This document shows, one piece after another, positions 1 through 14,175 of a stretch of 64,000 bases of DNA (the stretch's first letter is position 1; each line of letters starts with the position of its first letter). Below the pieces are notes generated by a model. That model saw nothing but the letters and a program-made list of their open reading frames with translations, was not told the DNA's origin and made no database searches. Position numbers and translations under genes: made by a program. Origin of the DNA: Oopsacas minuta (taxonomy: Eukaryota; Animalia; Porifera); the NCBI GenBank assembly GCA_024704765.1, contig JAKMXF010000332.1:194259-258258 (forward strand), in the 5' to 3' direction.

Positions 1-1285
1 ATACCGGAAAAGGTAGACCAAAAGCTAGCAGTGAAGTCTTCACAAGATGCAGAAGAGTGTCGGCGTTAGTTCTAATTGTTGTGTGACAACCTAGAAAGAC
101 TTCTTCACTTTCCATATGGGCATTACAGAAACGAATGCAGAATGAAACTTGCTCCTTCCTGTTGATGTCGGATGTTTCGTCCAGAATTATTGAGTATATA
201 GACTATTCTTCAGCGCGCGTTCTTCCTACAGATTCTGATTTAATGCGAGTAACAAGATGGCGCTGGAGGCCGTGGGCGAAGATCTCCAAAATCTCGTTCT
301 GGGACTGAGGTGTCAGATATTTCAATTTGATGTCAACAGTGATGTATTTTTGAACAGAAGTATTCAACTTTCCAATTAACTTGAACAAGCAATTTAAGTT
401 GGCAGTGTTATCTTGATCACGGTGACCACGCAAAGCCAGACCCTGGTGCCCACATACTCTTACAACCTCGAACACAGCCTCTAGGCCAATCCTGTTCAAC
501 TCGTTTTCATTCGCGACCATTCATCTAAAATCACCCGATGAATATGCGCCAGTTTCACCGCATTCAGTGCGTATTCTCCACCCTTATGAATTCCACAACC
601 GTCGTGTTTCAAGATCCTATCACGCCCCCTTTTGAAGTCGGCCCATCCAGCCTCCCTGTTGATCCACAACATATTATTGCCACCTACATATGTTCTCATG
701 TCAGCATTGTTGAAACACTTGCACTTGAGAGAGCAAAAACAGGTCATGCACTACAACGATTTCCTGTTTTCTTCCAACTTCAACCAGGAAAACTCTCCAA
801 ACCAGCTACTGTTCATCTTGTGATTTGATGGGTTCATCTTAGGCATTTGGCCAGGAAGCTCGTACATGTTCTGGGTATCAGGGATCTCCAGTTCAATGAC
901 TTCAATAGGAGAAGTAGAGTTCGCGACACCAAGTTCTTCACCATGCTCAGCAATTTGCAGAACATTTCCCAAGTTCTCTAATACGGAAGGCGTGGTTTCT
1001 AGGGGAAAGGTCATCTGCTTCTTGGAAATGAAGTGGGTCAAAAGAGTTTGATCTTGCTTCCTTTTCGTAGACTGTTCTGCCATAACAAGGAGGAATAGTA
1101 TTATACTTAAGAAGTATTCAGTACCTAAGATAATTAGCAGAGGCTAATCTACAAAAGAGATAACAAAATTGAAGTAAAATACATAAAATCTTCTCAAAAA
1201 ACTGGAGGGGCGGAAGCACCTTCGCCCCCCAGTTTTAAAGTCTAGGGGGCCAGCCCCCCCCGGTCCCCCAGACTTTACGCCTATG
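1..1285 (-). mobile_element. hAT transposon (ZMYM1-like/DUF4371 type), 5' part only, disrupted transposase
   Basis: Minus-strand frames give LALRGHRD, YLTPQSQNEIL and YSIILDETSDINRKEQVSFCIRF (first catalytic Asp), plus a TTF-type Zn-finger remnant (496-747). A GC-rich terminus reading CATAGGCGT on the minus strand ends at 1285. The other end lies outside the window. Confidence 0.85.
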
Positions 1286-2061
1286 CAAATGCCATTAGCT
1301 AACAACTTTTTATCAATAATCATAAATAAATGTAGATAATGGGCGCTTTCGCGTTGGTAAATAATAAACTACAATCACTATTGGCATGCAACAAACTATC
1401 AAAGTATCATTATACGTATATGTTCGTCATACTTTGAGAAAATTTGGAGTATTGACCTTCCATCATTAACAAAAAAATATTACGCATACATGTAACTCGC
1501 TAGAAATACGTAGAAATAAGTCTCCATTGTAGATACGTAGCTAGCAGTCAAATTTACACAGACTTGGTAGCACTGACATAAAGAGAATTGCGGCTACCAA
1601 TACCTCTAACTGCAAAGAATCTAGAATGATCTTCTTGATCAAATCTTAGATCTATTATGGACAGATATCAGGATCCCATTATCATATTTCTATTAACCAG
1701 ATAGTAGTGAGCGAACACAGCCTCCAACTTTCGAATTTTATACAGGTGTTCGATCTTAAATATTCTTCTGCGTCTAGCTCTACATATGGTACTATATCTC
1801 TGAAATAATATCTCAACAGATTAGCTGACGATTGTGATTGTATAAATCAGGAACAACTTGATATAGAACATTATCTCACCTAATTGAATGAAATCGTACT
1901 TCCTGAAATACAGGGTGGCCCCAAAGTTCTGTCCCATCTTTTAATGTACAAGGAAATGAAGATACTAGAATCACTATACATGATTTAATGTTGTAATCGA
2001 AGCAATTGAGTCAGTATTACAAATGTTACTAAGTATATTCCTGGTTCACTTCCTCTAGCAC

Positions 2062-4312
2062 TGTTGCGTAGTATTTTGACCCGCAAGTAACAATTGCAAA
2101 TCAAGTAATATCAACATCTCATCCCTAGTCATATAGTATTCGTATTTATACATGTGTGACTTCCTAAATACACACAACATTTTACTTTGTTTCTAGATTT
2201 CAACATCAACACTTATATTTACTTTTGAGTTTTTCATTATGGATGCGACAGAGTATGAAGCAATTCGTGGATACCTCCAAACGAATATTATCCCACCAGA
2301 AATCAAGAGTGATCGCTACAGAAAGAAGAATTTTGTCAGAAAGTGCGAGGGGATTTACTTTCAAGAGAATAAGCTAATAAAGGTATTTTTCTGAATGATA
2401 TTTTTGATTTATACATATTTCCGGGACACAATGAGAAATCTTGAGGTAACTACATATCTGCGAGGAGGCAGAAGTATCAGAATATGAGAATATTCAAATG
2501 GATGCAAACGAACCACACCCATTTGACTTTCCTATAATTGATACCGAATGGATAGAAAATCTTTCTCCCACACGTAAAGCTGACAGGATGACTGCTATTG
2601 AAAACATCAAGGTAGGTCAGAAAGTTCAAAAGAATACATATGACAGCAAAGTTAAACACAACAGGTAAGCAATAACGAAACACATTCTTGTTGTGATGTA
2701 ACATGTTGGAATTTCATACATTATCTCTTACTAAAATCAAATTAAATTCACTGACTGTTGTATAATCAGGTAAATATGAAATATTCTTAAATCGGAAATA
2801 ATTTATTGTTTCCTCAATTATATGAATTCATAAATTCCAAAACACTTCCTTTAGTTATAAAATTAGCATCATTACAAACTGTACTTAATTGGCAAATTAT
2901 AATTCTTTGTATAATCATTGTTTTAAATTTAGATTAGCATTGTGGAAGGAGATGAAGTACTTGTGCATAATATAAAGAAAGCCAAGCGACTCCAAGGAAC
3001 AAAAGGTGCGAAGAAATATTTGGGACCATATACGATAGAGAAAGTTGAACCAAGCCACCTAGTTGCTCGCAGACCCAGATAGCAAAACAACAAAATTACC
3101 TATCCATCTATCAAGAAAATGTCATTCCCGCATGAACGAAAAAGGCAGGTTCGAACGAAGACAGGCAAATCAAAGAAGCCCAAAAGATCTTGCAAATTCA
3201 CTTCTAGCGGTAAATATACTAACGAGAAAATATTACACTGAACTATAGCTAATTGACTCAGCCCATGATTAAGTACATATAAACTAGTTGTGTTCTGTAT
3301 TGATTCGATTAATACGTAATAGCAATCCTATATTTCACATATTTATTATGTATTTAGATTTATTGGATGATATTGAACCTGGATACCATGGAAGAAACAT
3401 TTGAAACACCCCAACAACACTCAATCTATGAAATTATCGATTCTAAGCTACTTCTATTGAAACCTCGAATACTATCAGCCCTTGTTAATAACACCTACTT
3501 AACCCAACTACATGAGAAACTCGCTACAAAAGCTGCATCTCTAACTTCATTAAATTTGCTATATTCTTACCATCCACCCAACGAACTAAATTTTGAGATC
3601 AAGGAGAAATTTCCTGTATCAGCCGGTAATTAGTACGCAGAATATCGTTCCTCCTATCCTACTGAAATACCTGAAGAGATACGAAGAGATCTTGACTATC
3701 CAATTGCTGTTCTATTACCAGCAATAATTGAGTTAATATTCCCAATTGAGCAAGTATTTATTATGAGTAATTAAATACAATTATCAAATAACTACCACCT
3801 TCTGTACAAGTAATATTATCATAAAATATTTATATACACTGTCTATTTTTGGCATTTTGGATAATTATAAATATTGTAAATTTGTCATATGTAGTGGGAA
3901 TATAGTTTACATGTTATCAAACAAATTCACTACTTTCTAGAATCCAACTCTAAATTGACTTGTTTATTCAGTTAGGTATAAGTATAGCCAGTCTAAAGTT
4001 GAATTACATTATGTACATTTAGTGGTAATTACGTAATGAGAGTGTATGGAATTCGAAAAAGTCAAATGGAAGAGAAGTAAGATTACTTTAGGGCCAAAAT
4101 CCTACGACAATAATACATTATATGCGGGTCGAAATCCTACGGCTGTAATTAGTGTAATACAATTTGATGCGCTCAAAATCCTACAGCTGTAATTAGTGTA
4201 ATACATTTTGATGCGGGTCAAAATCCTACGCATATATTACATAGTAGGATTTTGACCCGCACCATGGATATGCTATTAGGATTTGTATTGCGGGTCAAAA
4301 TCCTACGCAACA
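2062..4312 (+). mobile_element. Non-autonomous Ginger-type element (double internal deletion derivative of the element at 60111)
   Basis: TGT...ACA termini with a 25-bp TIR (TGTTGCGTAGGATTTTGACCCGCAA, one mismatch on the left) and a 4-bp TSD GCAC (2058-2061 and 4313-4316). Near-identical to 60111-60543 and 62466-63760. Confidence 0.93.
4091..4312. repeat. Subterminal array of the TIR core motif GCGGGTCAAAATCCTAC (6 copies, one inverted), including a ~45-bp tandem unit
   Basis: Copies near 4091, 4125, 4170, 4213, 4245 (inverted) and 4290, read directly from the sequence. Confidence 0.85.
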
Positions 4313-4328
4313 GCACTTAGTTAAGCTA

Positions 4329-5348
4329 TTGGAAGTCGAGAGAGCAGGAATTATTCGTCTATTTGAAAATGGTAAGGCTCCAGGAGATTTTAAAGTTGCT
4401 CAATATGCCCAGGAGTCGACGGAAGTTTGTATATTGGAAGATCCAGAGGTACAAGCAAACAGGAGGTAAAGGACAAGGCTAGATCCGGTCGTCCTTCCTT
4501 AGTCACGACTCCCAGGCTTGTCAAGAGGGTACGGGAGCAAATCCGAGTTAACCCGCGTCGATCCATGAGGAAAATGGCTGTAGATCTTCAGATGTCACGC
4601 CATTCCATACAAAACGTCGTGAATACTAAGTTGGGAATGTATTCCTTCAAAAGAAAAAGGTCCATCATCTAACAGACCAAGTTAAGCAAAACGATAGTCT
4701 AGATGTAAAGGGTTGTTGGGCGGCACGCGAATCACGGTCTCGAAACGATTCGGTTTTCCGATGAGAAGATATTCACTATTTAGGAAGTTACAAACGCTCA
4801 AAATGACAGGACTATATCGGCAACACGTTCTAGTATCCCAGAAAAGTATCGAAACGTGAGTCGCATACAGAAACCTCAAACTGTAATGGTATGGTCTGGT
4901 GTCTTGGCAATTGGTCGGATACCATTGATATTTGTCCCCCCCTGGAGTAAAAATAAATTCTACCACCTATCGGGAGTTTACCTCGGAGCCCGTATTACAG
5001 AATCTAGGTCAAACAATGTTAAATGGAGAACCGTTTATATTCCAGCAGGATGGAGCCCGGCTCATACCACCAATAGTACCCAAACCTGGCTCCAACACAA
5101 TTTTCCAGGATTTTTCAGAAGACAGAATGGCCTCCCTATAGTCCAGACCTGAACCCGATGGACTTTGAAATCTGGTCCATCCTGGAGGCCAATGCTTGCG
5201 CCAAGTCTCATAGCTCTGTCAAGTGTTTGAAGCGGTCTTTGACAAGGGAGTAGAACAAAATACCTCAGGAAAGCATTCGTGCCGCGATTGGTGCGTTTTC
5301 TGGACAATTGAGAGCCGTAGTTAAAAACGAGGAGGTTATATTGAGTAG
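4329..5348 (+). pseudogene. DD37D (maT) transposase, frameshifts and stops
   Basis: Motifs RSGRP, FSDEKIF, VMVWSGV, FQQDGA, WPPYSPDLNPMDF and GGYIE* are spread over several frames. Confidence 0.9.
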
Positions 5349-6149
5349 TAAAAATAATTTTTATTTCTGATAGCATTCTGTAAGACGAGTAAATATTGCC
5401 AGCCTATAGCATCCAATTTAGGCAAGTTATTCACTTTATCAATGGGACAGGACTTCAGGGCCACCCTGTAGAAGTCTATTCCAGGAAGTGAGATTAAGTA
5501 CGTAGAACGTCTAATATATTACAAGATATGCAGTTGTTTCTTACATTAAGAAGTCTGATGGTTGTCAATCTTGTCAAGGCTTTAAACTTAATGTGGTGAA
5601 ATGTGTGAATATTTTATTTGAAACATTTATTCAATTTGACAAGTGTGAGTCCCTAAGCAAAGAATTATATACTGCATGACCTCGAAGCTTGTTGGCATAT
5701 ATATATATATATGAGCCTTCATGTAGATAAATACAGTGATATGTCAAAGATTGGTGTTATTTGGTGTCTGGAATTGGGATATATTGAGAAATTATGCTAA
5801 ACATGGTCAAATATCATCTTGTCGAAGAGGGTTCACAATTATAATGTCATGGTATTAAACAGAGATAACATTATCTAAAGAATCATTTTCGATTACAGTA
5901 TTCAAATATTAATACATGCCTGACTGACGGGTGGAGATAGTGAGATAACGAAGAGCCAGACAAGATAGTGGATCCTCCAAAAGCGAGGGACCAAATCTTA
6001 CGGGACCAACATTCCGGCTTCCGGTACACTGTAAATGAATTATTTATCAATATTATCTTCATATATACATATATACATATATAGTACTATGTTAAGCAGA
6101 ATGGATTGTGTTTCTACTCTTAATGTATTAGAAGCAAGTATCCCTTTCT

Positions 6150-6212
6150 ACCGCTGCGCGGCTCGCGAAGATTTCAAGTTCACGGCTGGCGCACCTCTGG
6201 TGCTCTTGTATT
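6150..6212 (+). other. Possible Helitron-like 3' end (short hairpin followed by CTTGT)
   Basis: GC-rich patch with GCACC-TCT-GGTGC followed by TCTTGT. No 5' end was identified. Confidence 0.3.
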
Positions 6213-8739
6213 CATATTAAGACAACGGGTCATTCAAAAGTTATGTACGCAAATTCCATAAATATTGATACCTCATCTTTGTGTCACACTTTGGATCGTA
6301 AATAATACAAAAGAATGGGGCTGTCAGACTTAACATACAACCAATGGGGTGGCCCCATATAGCGTTACATTCCGTTTGAACAACCCATATTATACATAAT
6401 ATAGATATGCAGAACATATATAGCATTAAAACAACTTACATCATGTGAAAGTGAACAATAATTACTTGTTATTCACGTTTTACCTTTGGCAATTTTCGCT
6501 ATTTTGACCCCCTTACTAATTGAAATATTAGATAATGGCATGTGTATTCAGTAACATTTCAAGTAATTAGCGCGAAAAATAACTTAAAAATCTAGTTTTC
6601 GATATATTTATGCCTAATTGTAAAAATTAGGTGAGTTTAATTGGTCAAATAGAAACAATAATACACATAGTTACATATTCATAGCATTGGAATTTCAATT
6701 AAATCACAATAATATATTCATTGAGTATGTACATATTATGAACAATATAGTGGTGGGTACATTCGATAAATATTGTGTAATTTTCAATTAACAAACCATA
6801 GCTACATGTCTAAAAACAGAAATTTAAAAGATTTTGCACAATTGGAATTATTGAGTAATTTTTGCACCCTAAATGAACTGGGTTAGAAACAAACTCATAA
6901 TATGGCAATATTAGAACTATTGGTAAACCCTCGAATCTGAAAGGGCGATGCATTTTGACGCCAATCTCAGAGAGGTTTTGAGATATCGCTTATATTTTAG
7001 ATATTGTTCATAGATTCATCACATTTGAAATTTGTAGTTCTTACCAGTTCTTCAATCAATTCGGGACAAAAAGAATCATTCAATAAATTGTATGTATTAT
7101 AATTTGGCAATGATATTTGGGTTGTGAGGTTGATCATTAAAATAGAACAAATGTTGCATTAGATCTCTTTAAAATAGCGTTGAATGGCATTATAACAATT
7201 ATTTGAAATTTTGAGTCCGGGGTAATTACCATCCATAGTCCAGAATTTAAATAGGGTGCCATTGCCTTAGTGTATAGAATGTAATGATCCAGCTTTTGAC
7301 TCCTATGAATACTTCATTACATCAATAGGATATTCTATTTATATTATGACATTTTCTGTTTAGAGATTCAATATATAGGCTCTCATGAAGTCCAATACCA
7401 AGAAATATTTTTGCATGTTTACATTATTTCATATTTCAACGTATGTCCTATGTATCCTTGTTCCATGAATGAAAACGAAAATTACAAAAAATTCTAGAGC
7501 AAACACCCTGAAATAATTCTCCTAAATTTCCTCCGCCGCTAGGAAAATGTTACCTTTTTGAACAGTCATAATGAATTAGCGTTTGAATAAAAGCATGAAA
7601 TATGGTTCAATTACAATCTTGTATATTGTTGAGCAGTGGCTAATTGTGTTATTCCATATATACTGAACCAAACTACTGTTTAGCAAAATGTTGATCGATT
7701 GTGATTAATGAATAATCCATCTTCAAAAGAATCCACATTCATTGAATGTACAGTCTTAGTGGATCAAGACATCACAGAAATGTCTTTATACATGTATTCG
7801 GCTATGCCGCTAAGTTTTCTTACCTAAGGGATGTTTTATGAGGTTTGAGAAAATCCAAAAATTGGGATGACATAGGTCAGGCATGGACAACTATATTATA
7901 CAGCTAGATAAGTGATGTATTTGCTAATTTCTTTATCAAGCAATTGTTCTTATCAAATTACTCGTAAATTTAAGTATCTATTATCATGGTATCAACAAGA
8001 ATTAGGTCTCAAAGCATGTGGAAACATCTAGAATTGATTTCTAACCCGATATAACCACAATAACGCAATCAAATATTTATGTACCTCTTATAATACTTTC
8101 TATAAACTAAATTCTGAACTAAAAGTAAGTACTATTATAATTTTTGATATAATCGTAACAAGAAACAAGAATTGCCATTATACTAAGGTAAACAATTAGT
8201 TTTTCTGACGCTTTTCAATTTAACATCCGTAACATGGTCCTCACGGTGGGTTCCATTAATCTGCTTCCACAAATTGTAAAAAAAATTATTGGAAAGGATC
8301 TTGTTCACAAGTTCTATTGATTGAATAAATTTTCAGAGCAAACATATCAAGTATCCAATCAGTTGTTGCAAGATTCAGCAATTGTTGAGGTATTGTTTTC
8401 CAAGCATAGCCAGAATTTCGAATGTGTCTTTCTGAAACAGCAAACAAGCAAGTCGCACATGCCACATAACGGTGTAAAGATGTTTGGGAAGAATTGAACT
8501 ACACTGATTTTGATAGGGATAATTCTCAGACTCTATTGTTATATTGCTTCGATATTAGTTGGATAATTGAATTTGTGCATACATTTCAGTTTCGCGTAAA
8601 AGAATCATATTCATTTTCATAGAAATTAGATCCATTTTGGGATGTCTGCTAAACGCACTGCTCCCATCTGTGGTGACAGCCAACAAAACATGTAAATTAT
8701 CAGGATTTCACTGCTTCTTCGCAGCACCAACATTTGTCT

Positions 8740-10130
8740 AAGGTTTCAAGAATCGAACATGATGGGTCATCAAATGGAATTATTGAAATACACAGAGAAA
8801 ATCAATGTGAACAAGGTGAATCAATGATTCTATCTCTCGGATCTTTTCCCAAACACATTGATGGTTGGATAGCAGATAGAAAGAAGCAAAACAGAATTAA
8901 AATGAATGTTTTCACTCTGAGCCCGAACGATGGTGTATACAGCTTGAGGTGTCGCGATCATGATAGAAAAGGCACAGGAAATACTGCTGACAACTATGGT
9001 CGCAACCTGCAGTTCCAACCAAGGGGTACATGTTTGTTGATCACCTCAAATCTGCAAAACATGAAAACGTAATCAAAATTGAGCGGTTAAAACGTTCCTC
9101 TGCAACCTATGAGCAATATAAAGATCGTATGCTTAACAAGGAGCGTACAGTGGCACAACGCATCATACTATATCAGCATATACATATATTGGTTACTAAA
9201 GTAGGAAATCGCCAATTGTATATTTCCATCGCTTCAACAGCTAATTGACCAAATTAGAAACAATGAACAACGCGATTTTCTCCACACAAGTTCATATAGC
9301 ACAAGCGAAATGCTCATCCTAATCAGAGTCAATCTATGCGACGAAGTGGTGTCTAATCTTAAATAATTCCGATATTGAGTAACGATGGTAGATAAAACGA
9401 ATGATATCGCACACTAAAACAGTAAATCACGTTCGTTCAGTATGTAAACCGAGGAAAAGTGGTAAACAAATTCATGGATATCCGTCCTATTGACGCCGCT
9501 GGTGCTACAGCCACATATCTCATTAAATATTGGGAGGCAAAGATCAATGATTATGGCCTGGAAGTCTCAAAACACACAGGTATTAGGTGCGATAGGGCGG
9601 CTGCAATAATTCGTCATACAATTCATTAGTGGAAAAGTAAAAGAAGTTGCTCGTGCTACCATAGTTGTCTATTGCTGTGCTCATGGACTAGCTCTTGACT
9701 GTACAAATACAGTTAGCTCTCTATGAAGATCAGATAATACGAAATAGCTTCAGCAGTGGAAACATTTAGCAGTTCCTCCACTGGAACCTTAAAAGCTGGC
9801 TAAGTACAGAAAATTGTCGGAAATTAAGGGCTGAGGCTATCCAAAGCATGTAAAACTCGATGGCTATCTTATGACGCTGCCATTACAGCTGTGATATCTG
9901 AAATATCTGCTTGTTGAATGGCACTTTACTATTTTGCAATCGAAAAGAACGATGCCACCGCCCATGGCATCTTCCATATTAAACGCAAAAGAATTGTAAA
10001 TTCATATTACGTTTAATATGGATGTTTGTATTTGCTAGAAACGGCAGTGAAAAGCCTCAAGAAGCTTTGGATGATATTTTAAAGCGGAGGCTGAATTTGT
10101 CCACACATTACATCAGAATTGGGGTAGAAT
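8740..10130 (+). pseudogene. hAT transposase remnant, ZNF862-like
   Basis: Motifs FVDHLKSAKHE, MVDKTNDI, VVYCCAHGLAL and CKTRWLSYDAA, with many stops and frameshifts. TIRs were not found. Confidence 0.8.
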
Positions 10131-10842
10131 GCTGTAGCAACAGGTAAAAAATTAAATAAATCCCTCAATATACCTAACAAATAAAGTATTGACAAGTATG
10201 TCAACGGCAAGTAATCACAACCATAATATCAAAATGCAATTAATTTGTATGTATCTACATATGTTGCAGTATAGAAGCGAGTTTGGCATGATTGTAATCA
10301 AACCAACTACTTGGTGTAATTGCGAGTTTCATTTCCTACTATACAGTTAAGTATGTAATCCTTAGCGCTTATTTGAGTATTTGGAAAGTGCTAGTTTCAT
10401 ATTTAGATCCCAATTCTAATAGTTAAAACATATTGAATGTTAATTACCGTTTTGAACAAAACCATGTAAATACAGATATCGATTTCTTGAGTAATATTTT
10501 AGTTGTAAATATCAATTCTACAATATGATTATCCTCATACTACTCTTGATATTGCCATTTTTCTAATACACAGTGAATTGAGTGCATGTTTCCAATTCAA
10601 ATTTCGAGGAGAAGGTTCATCTTGATTCAGGTTGAATCTTAGTGATTTACAATTCATATTTCGATCTTGGGTATAATATTGGAAAGGTGTTGAACAATTT
10701 TTCATCTGGGAGTTTATCTTGAAAAAAATATTATGTCTCAGCACTGACTCTTGCTGCAAAGACTTCCATCATTCTCTCCATAGTAAATACAATAAAAGGA
10801 ACTCTCGTATATTTCTCAAGTTATTGATGCATTCATATAAAT

Positions 10843-13331
10843 CAGTGGTTCCCAACCTTTTCTGGGTGCTACCCCATTTCAGAAACCAGCATTAGAGCGC
10901 GGCCCCTCAAAAAACGAAGGCATGTCTGTTACTATAATACGTACTCCATTAACATTCATTTCAACGAATTATTGATAATGCCACCCTAAGCAAGATTGGT
11001 ATCATATGATCAATGTGATGGTTGAACCTGTTTTCCAGCAACCAGTTTTCCAATGCAGGGCTCGGTGGATGATAATGCAACAATCATGTCCTTTTCTATT
11101 TCAAGCCGAATCCGGTGCTTCGTTTTCATCACTACCATTGTAGAGAACGACTGTTCTCATAAGTAGGTCGAAGGGTACGACATTAGGAGCCACATTACCC
11201 TCTCCGATAGACCTGGGTATGATTGGAACATTTTCACCAGAAACTGTGCAAAGATTCGGACTGAAATAATGCTTTCTCTCCGGAATCCTGCTTCTGCCTT
11301 ACGAGCTCCTCTTCAGTGGTATCTTCGTCAGTGATGGCGTCTAATGGCGCAGTGAAAGGTTATCTAGCTACAGTGAATAACTGGACGTCGAGCTCGAGAA
11401 AGTAATTTCCAAATTGACTAATCAGTGAGTGATTAGTTCAGGAATTTCGTGAGAAAGAGGCTCGATTTAGATCTTTTCGGATTCTTCCATGAGTACAGAG
11501 AGGCGTGGAAAGAATACAAAACGGCTGCGATTCATATCATCTTTTAACAAAGCCAGTGTTGCAAGAAACCCTTTTATTTTGTCATGGAAGAGCATCAGGT
11601 TCGTGTCTTTGCCTTGAAGTGTACAATTCAGCACATAGATAAGTTCAAAAATGTCACTCAAATAGCACAACTTAGCAAGCCAGTTACTGGACTCGAGCAT
11701 TATCACCCATTCATTCTTGATTTGTGTGCGTAAAACTCTTTTAACTCTTGACTTAGCTCGTGAACAAGCAGAATAACATTCCCTGAGAATGCCATCGTAC
11801 TTGAGTGTAGAAGAGTAAGTTCATGTGGTCAGCGTCCATTTAATCACAGAATAATTTGAATATCCTCGTGTTTAGAGTACTGGATTTGATGTGATTTACG
11901 ATTTTGATCACCAGAGAAAAAAAGTTCACCAGGCTTTCTGGCATTATACAAGTAGCTATCCGTCCCCAATAAATCATGCAATGTATCATAAATGTATGAG
12001 GAACCACTCGCTGTAATTTCGCTTTAAAGCCAGAATGTTTCCCAAGATTGCAGGAGCTCCATCTGTTGTTGATCCAATTAATTAATTGAAGTCCAGGCCT
12101 ACTTTATTGTAAATGGCATCGATTTTGGTGAAAATGTCCTCACCTTTAGTTGTCGTTTCCTATGATTTGCACAGTAAACGCTCGTCGACGAAATCACCAT
12201 CTTTGATAAATCTGGTCCAAACTATCAATTGCACGCAAGATGCAATATCCGTTGTTCATCCAGCTGTATTGCATACCAAGGTGACTCCTTGATAGCAGCA
12301 ATATTTTGTGCAGTGATGTCTTCACTCATGTCACAAATTGTGTGATGAACAGTAATATTTGAAAGAGGTATGATTACGAGTTTACTAACCATGTCTTCTA
12401 CGATCATGAGAGAAATCATTTCCTTGGCACATGGCATTATCAGTTCCTCACCTATTGTGTGTGGACTTTGGCTTTTGCAATGCACGACGAAACACGATAT
12501 TAAGCTTCCAGAGCATTTTCATTGATTAATGACATTTACTCTATTTATCCAAGCGGGTATTCCTAAGCAGGTTAACTTCCTTTCGAAAAAGGAGGGATCA
12601 CTATCTTTGTACGCTGGATGTTTTGATGACAGGTGGTGTTGTAACTGTTTTGCTTCATAGATTCATTCGAAAGTACTCCTTAACAAATAACGCACCGAGG
12701 TTTCTGGACTTCACGATCTATCACATAAAAGAAACTCAACTCAATGAATTTGTCATGATAAGGTCATTTGCGTGATGCACCCGCCATCTCGACATAAGTC
12801 CAGCTAATTAAATCATATTGCATGAAAATAATATCATCCATGTGAGTGTGGGACTCTAATTCGAAATATCTACAATTTAAGGATGAAAGCAATATTTTCG
12901 AAATTTTGCGATTTTTGCAAGTTGAAATTTTTAAATTAAGAGCTGATGGAGCAAAATTGGCTTTAGATTCGGAATCAGTGTACTCATATTAGCCTAAATC
13001 AGTGATCAAAATATAAATAACCACAGTAAACATTGTTTTTCTAGGCCTGTATAATTAACTGTTGTATGCAAATTGCAATAGGTTTTGTAATAACTCATAC
13101 TCCCTAGAATATGCAAACCACTCACACAATCATAAACAGACTGTATTTAATACAAGGATATATAACTCGAAAGAATAAATAACGATCATTTAGCTTGTCA
13201 GTATTGTTTACATATGGTACTGTCAATGCAAACATGTTTACATTTTAATAGTTTTGAGTCTAGCCTGCGACCCAACAAAATATGCTGGGCGACCCCAATT
13301 GGGGTCGCGACACATAGGTTGGGAACCAATG
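10843..13331 (-). mobile_element. hAT transposon, Buster/Charlie group (ZBED5/FAM200-like transposase, disrupted)
   Basis: TIRs CAGTGGTTCCCAACCT and AGGTTGGGAACCAATG, and a perfect 8-bp TSD ATATAAAT with central TA. Motifs SPHTIGEELIMPCAKEM, WYAIQLDE and WLAKLCYLSDIF. Confidence 0.93.
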
Positions 13332-14175
13332 ATATAAATAATCCATGTTCAAATAAACACAAAATATACTAATTACATTGTTTAAAATTCTAACAACTTT
13401 GTTTCTCCAATACATTAACAGAAAGAATGCAAATATTCAGTAAATATTCCAATATATAAGTAGTGTAACCGAGGGTGTATTGACGGGAATGCGAAGGCGC
13501 TTCTCTATTGAAATATTCGGATTATTTAACTATACTTTTCAGTTTAGAAATAAGAGTTCAACATTATAATCACAATTTTATCACTGAGTAATACATTCTT
13601 GTATTACACAATATTGTGAAGTATCGTTTCCATGTGTAAATGCTTATGTTCCTTCGATTTCAGCTAAAAAGTACTGGATATGTTTGCATCCACGGATATT
13701 AATTCAAATTTCCACATTTAGTGCAACTATCTTGTATTTCATAAGTCTGGAAAACTAGGACATCAAAAAGGCGCCGATTGGAGCATAAGATGCGGAAATT
13801 TGGTGGGAGGGTCAGTGGTATAGAGAGTTCCCTCACTTACATACTTAGGAATACACCCTTAGGCGTAAGATGACGGTGCTGGAACTGTAGCATTATCCAG
13901 GAATTGAGTGCTGGAAATGTACCATTATCCGGGAATTATTGAGATGTCTGTTCCTCAATGTTTTCATGATTTCAAGATGAGTGGAGGTGAGTTGATATAA
14001 GTACTGAGATCTACATAGCCGACTGGTCTGCTAACTTCATCTAATATTCATTAGTGACAACAAATAAGAATGATGATATCAATTATGCATTGAATAATTG
14101 ATTTCTTTAAAATCTACAGGCAACAGACTATGAACCCCGAAATCTATCTTTGAGATCATTAAAGAAGATATAATA

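Larger units (their letters stand above)
1911..5468 (+). mobile_element. maT (DD37D) Tc1/mariner-superfamily element interrupted by a Ginger element
   Basis: TIRs CAGGGTGGCCCCAAAGTTCTGTCCCAT and ATGGGACAGGACTTCAGGGCCACCCTG, with TA on both flanks. Length is 1303 bp after removing the nested insert. Confidence 0.92.

Noticed and set aside
538-1051. Plus-strand ORFs 538-828, 632-823 and 866-1051, and similar antisense ORFs over other transposases
   Set aside because: They are shadow frames opposite recognisable transposase coding sequence.
2062-4312. Segmental duplication or misassembly with 60111-63760
   Set aside because: Similarity stops exactly at the TIRs, the flanks and target sites differ (GCAC versus GTAC), and the copies differ by scattered substitutions.
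6840-7300. USP Cys-box-like remnant on the minus strand (RGFTNSSN)
   Set aside because: The catalytic Cys context needs an assumed frameshift; too weak to support.
8200-8730. Minus-strand hAT remnant (VTTDGSSAF)
   Set aside because: A single short motif; no other hAT signature could be read with confidence.
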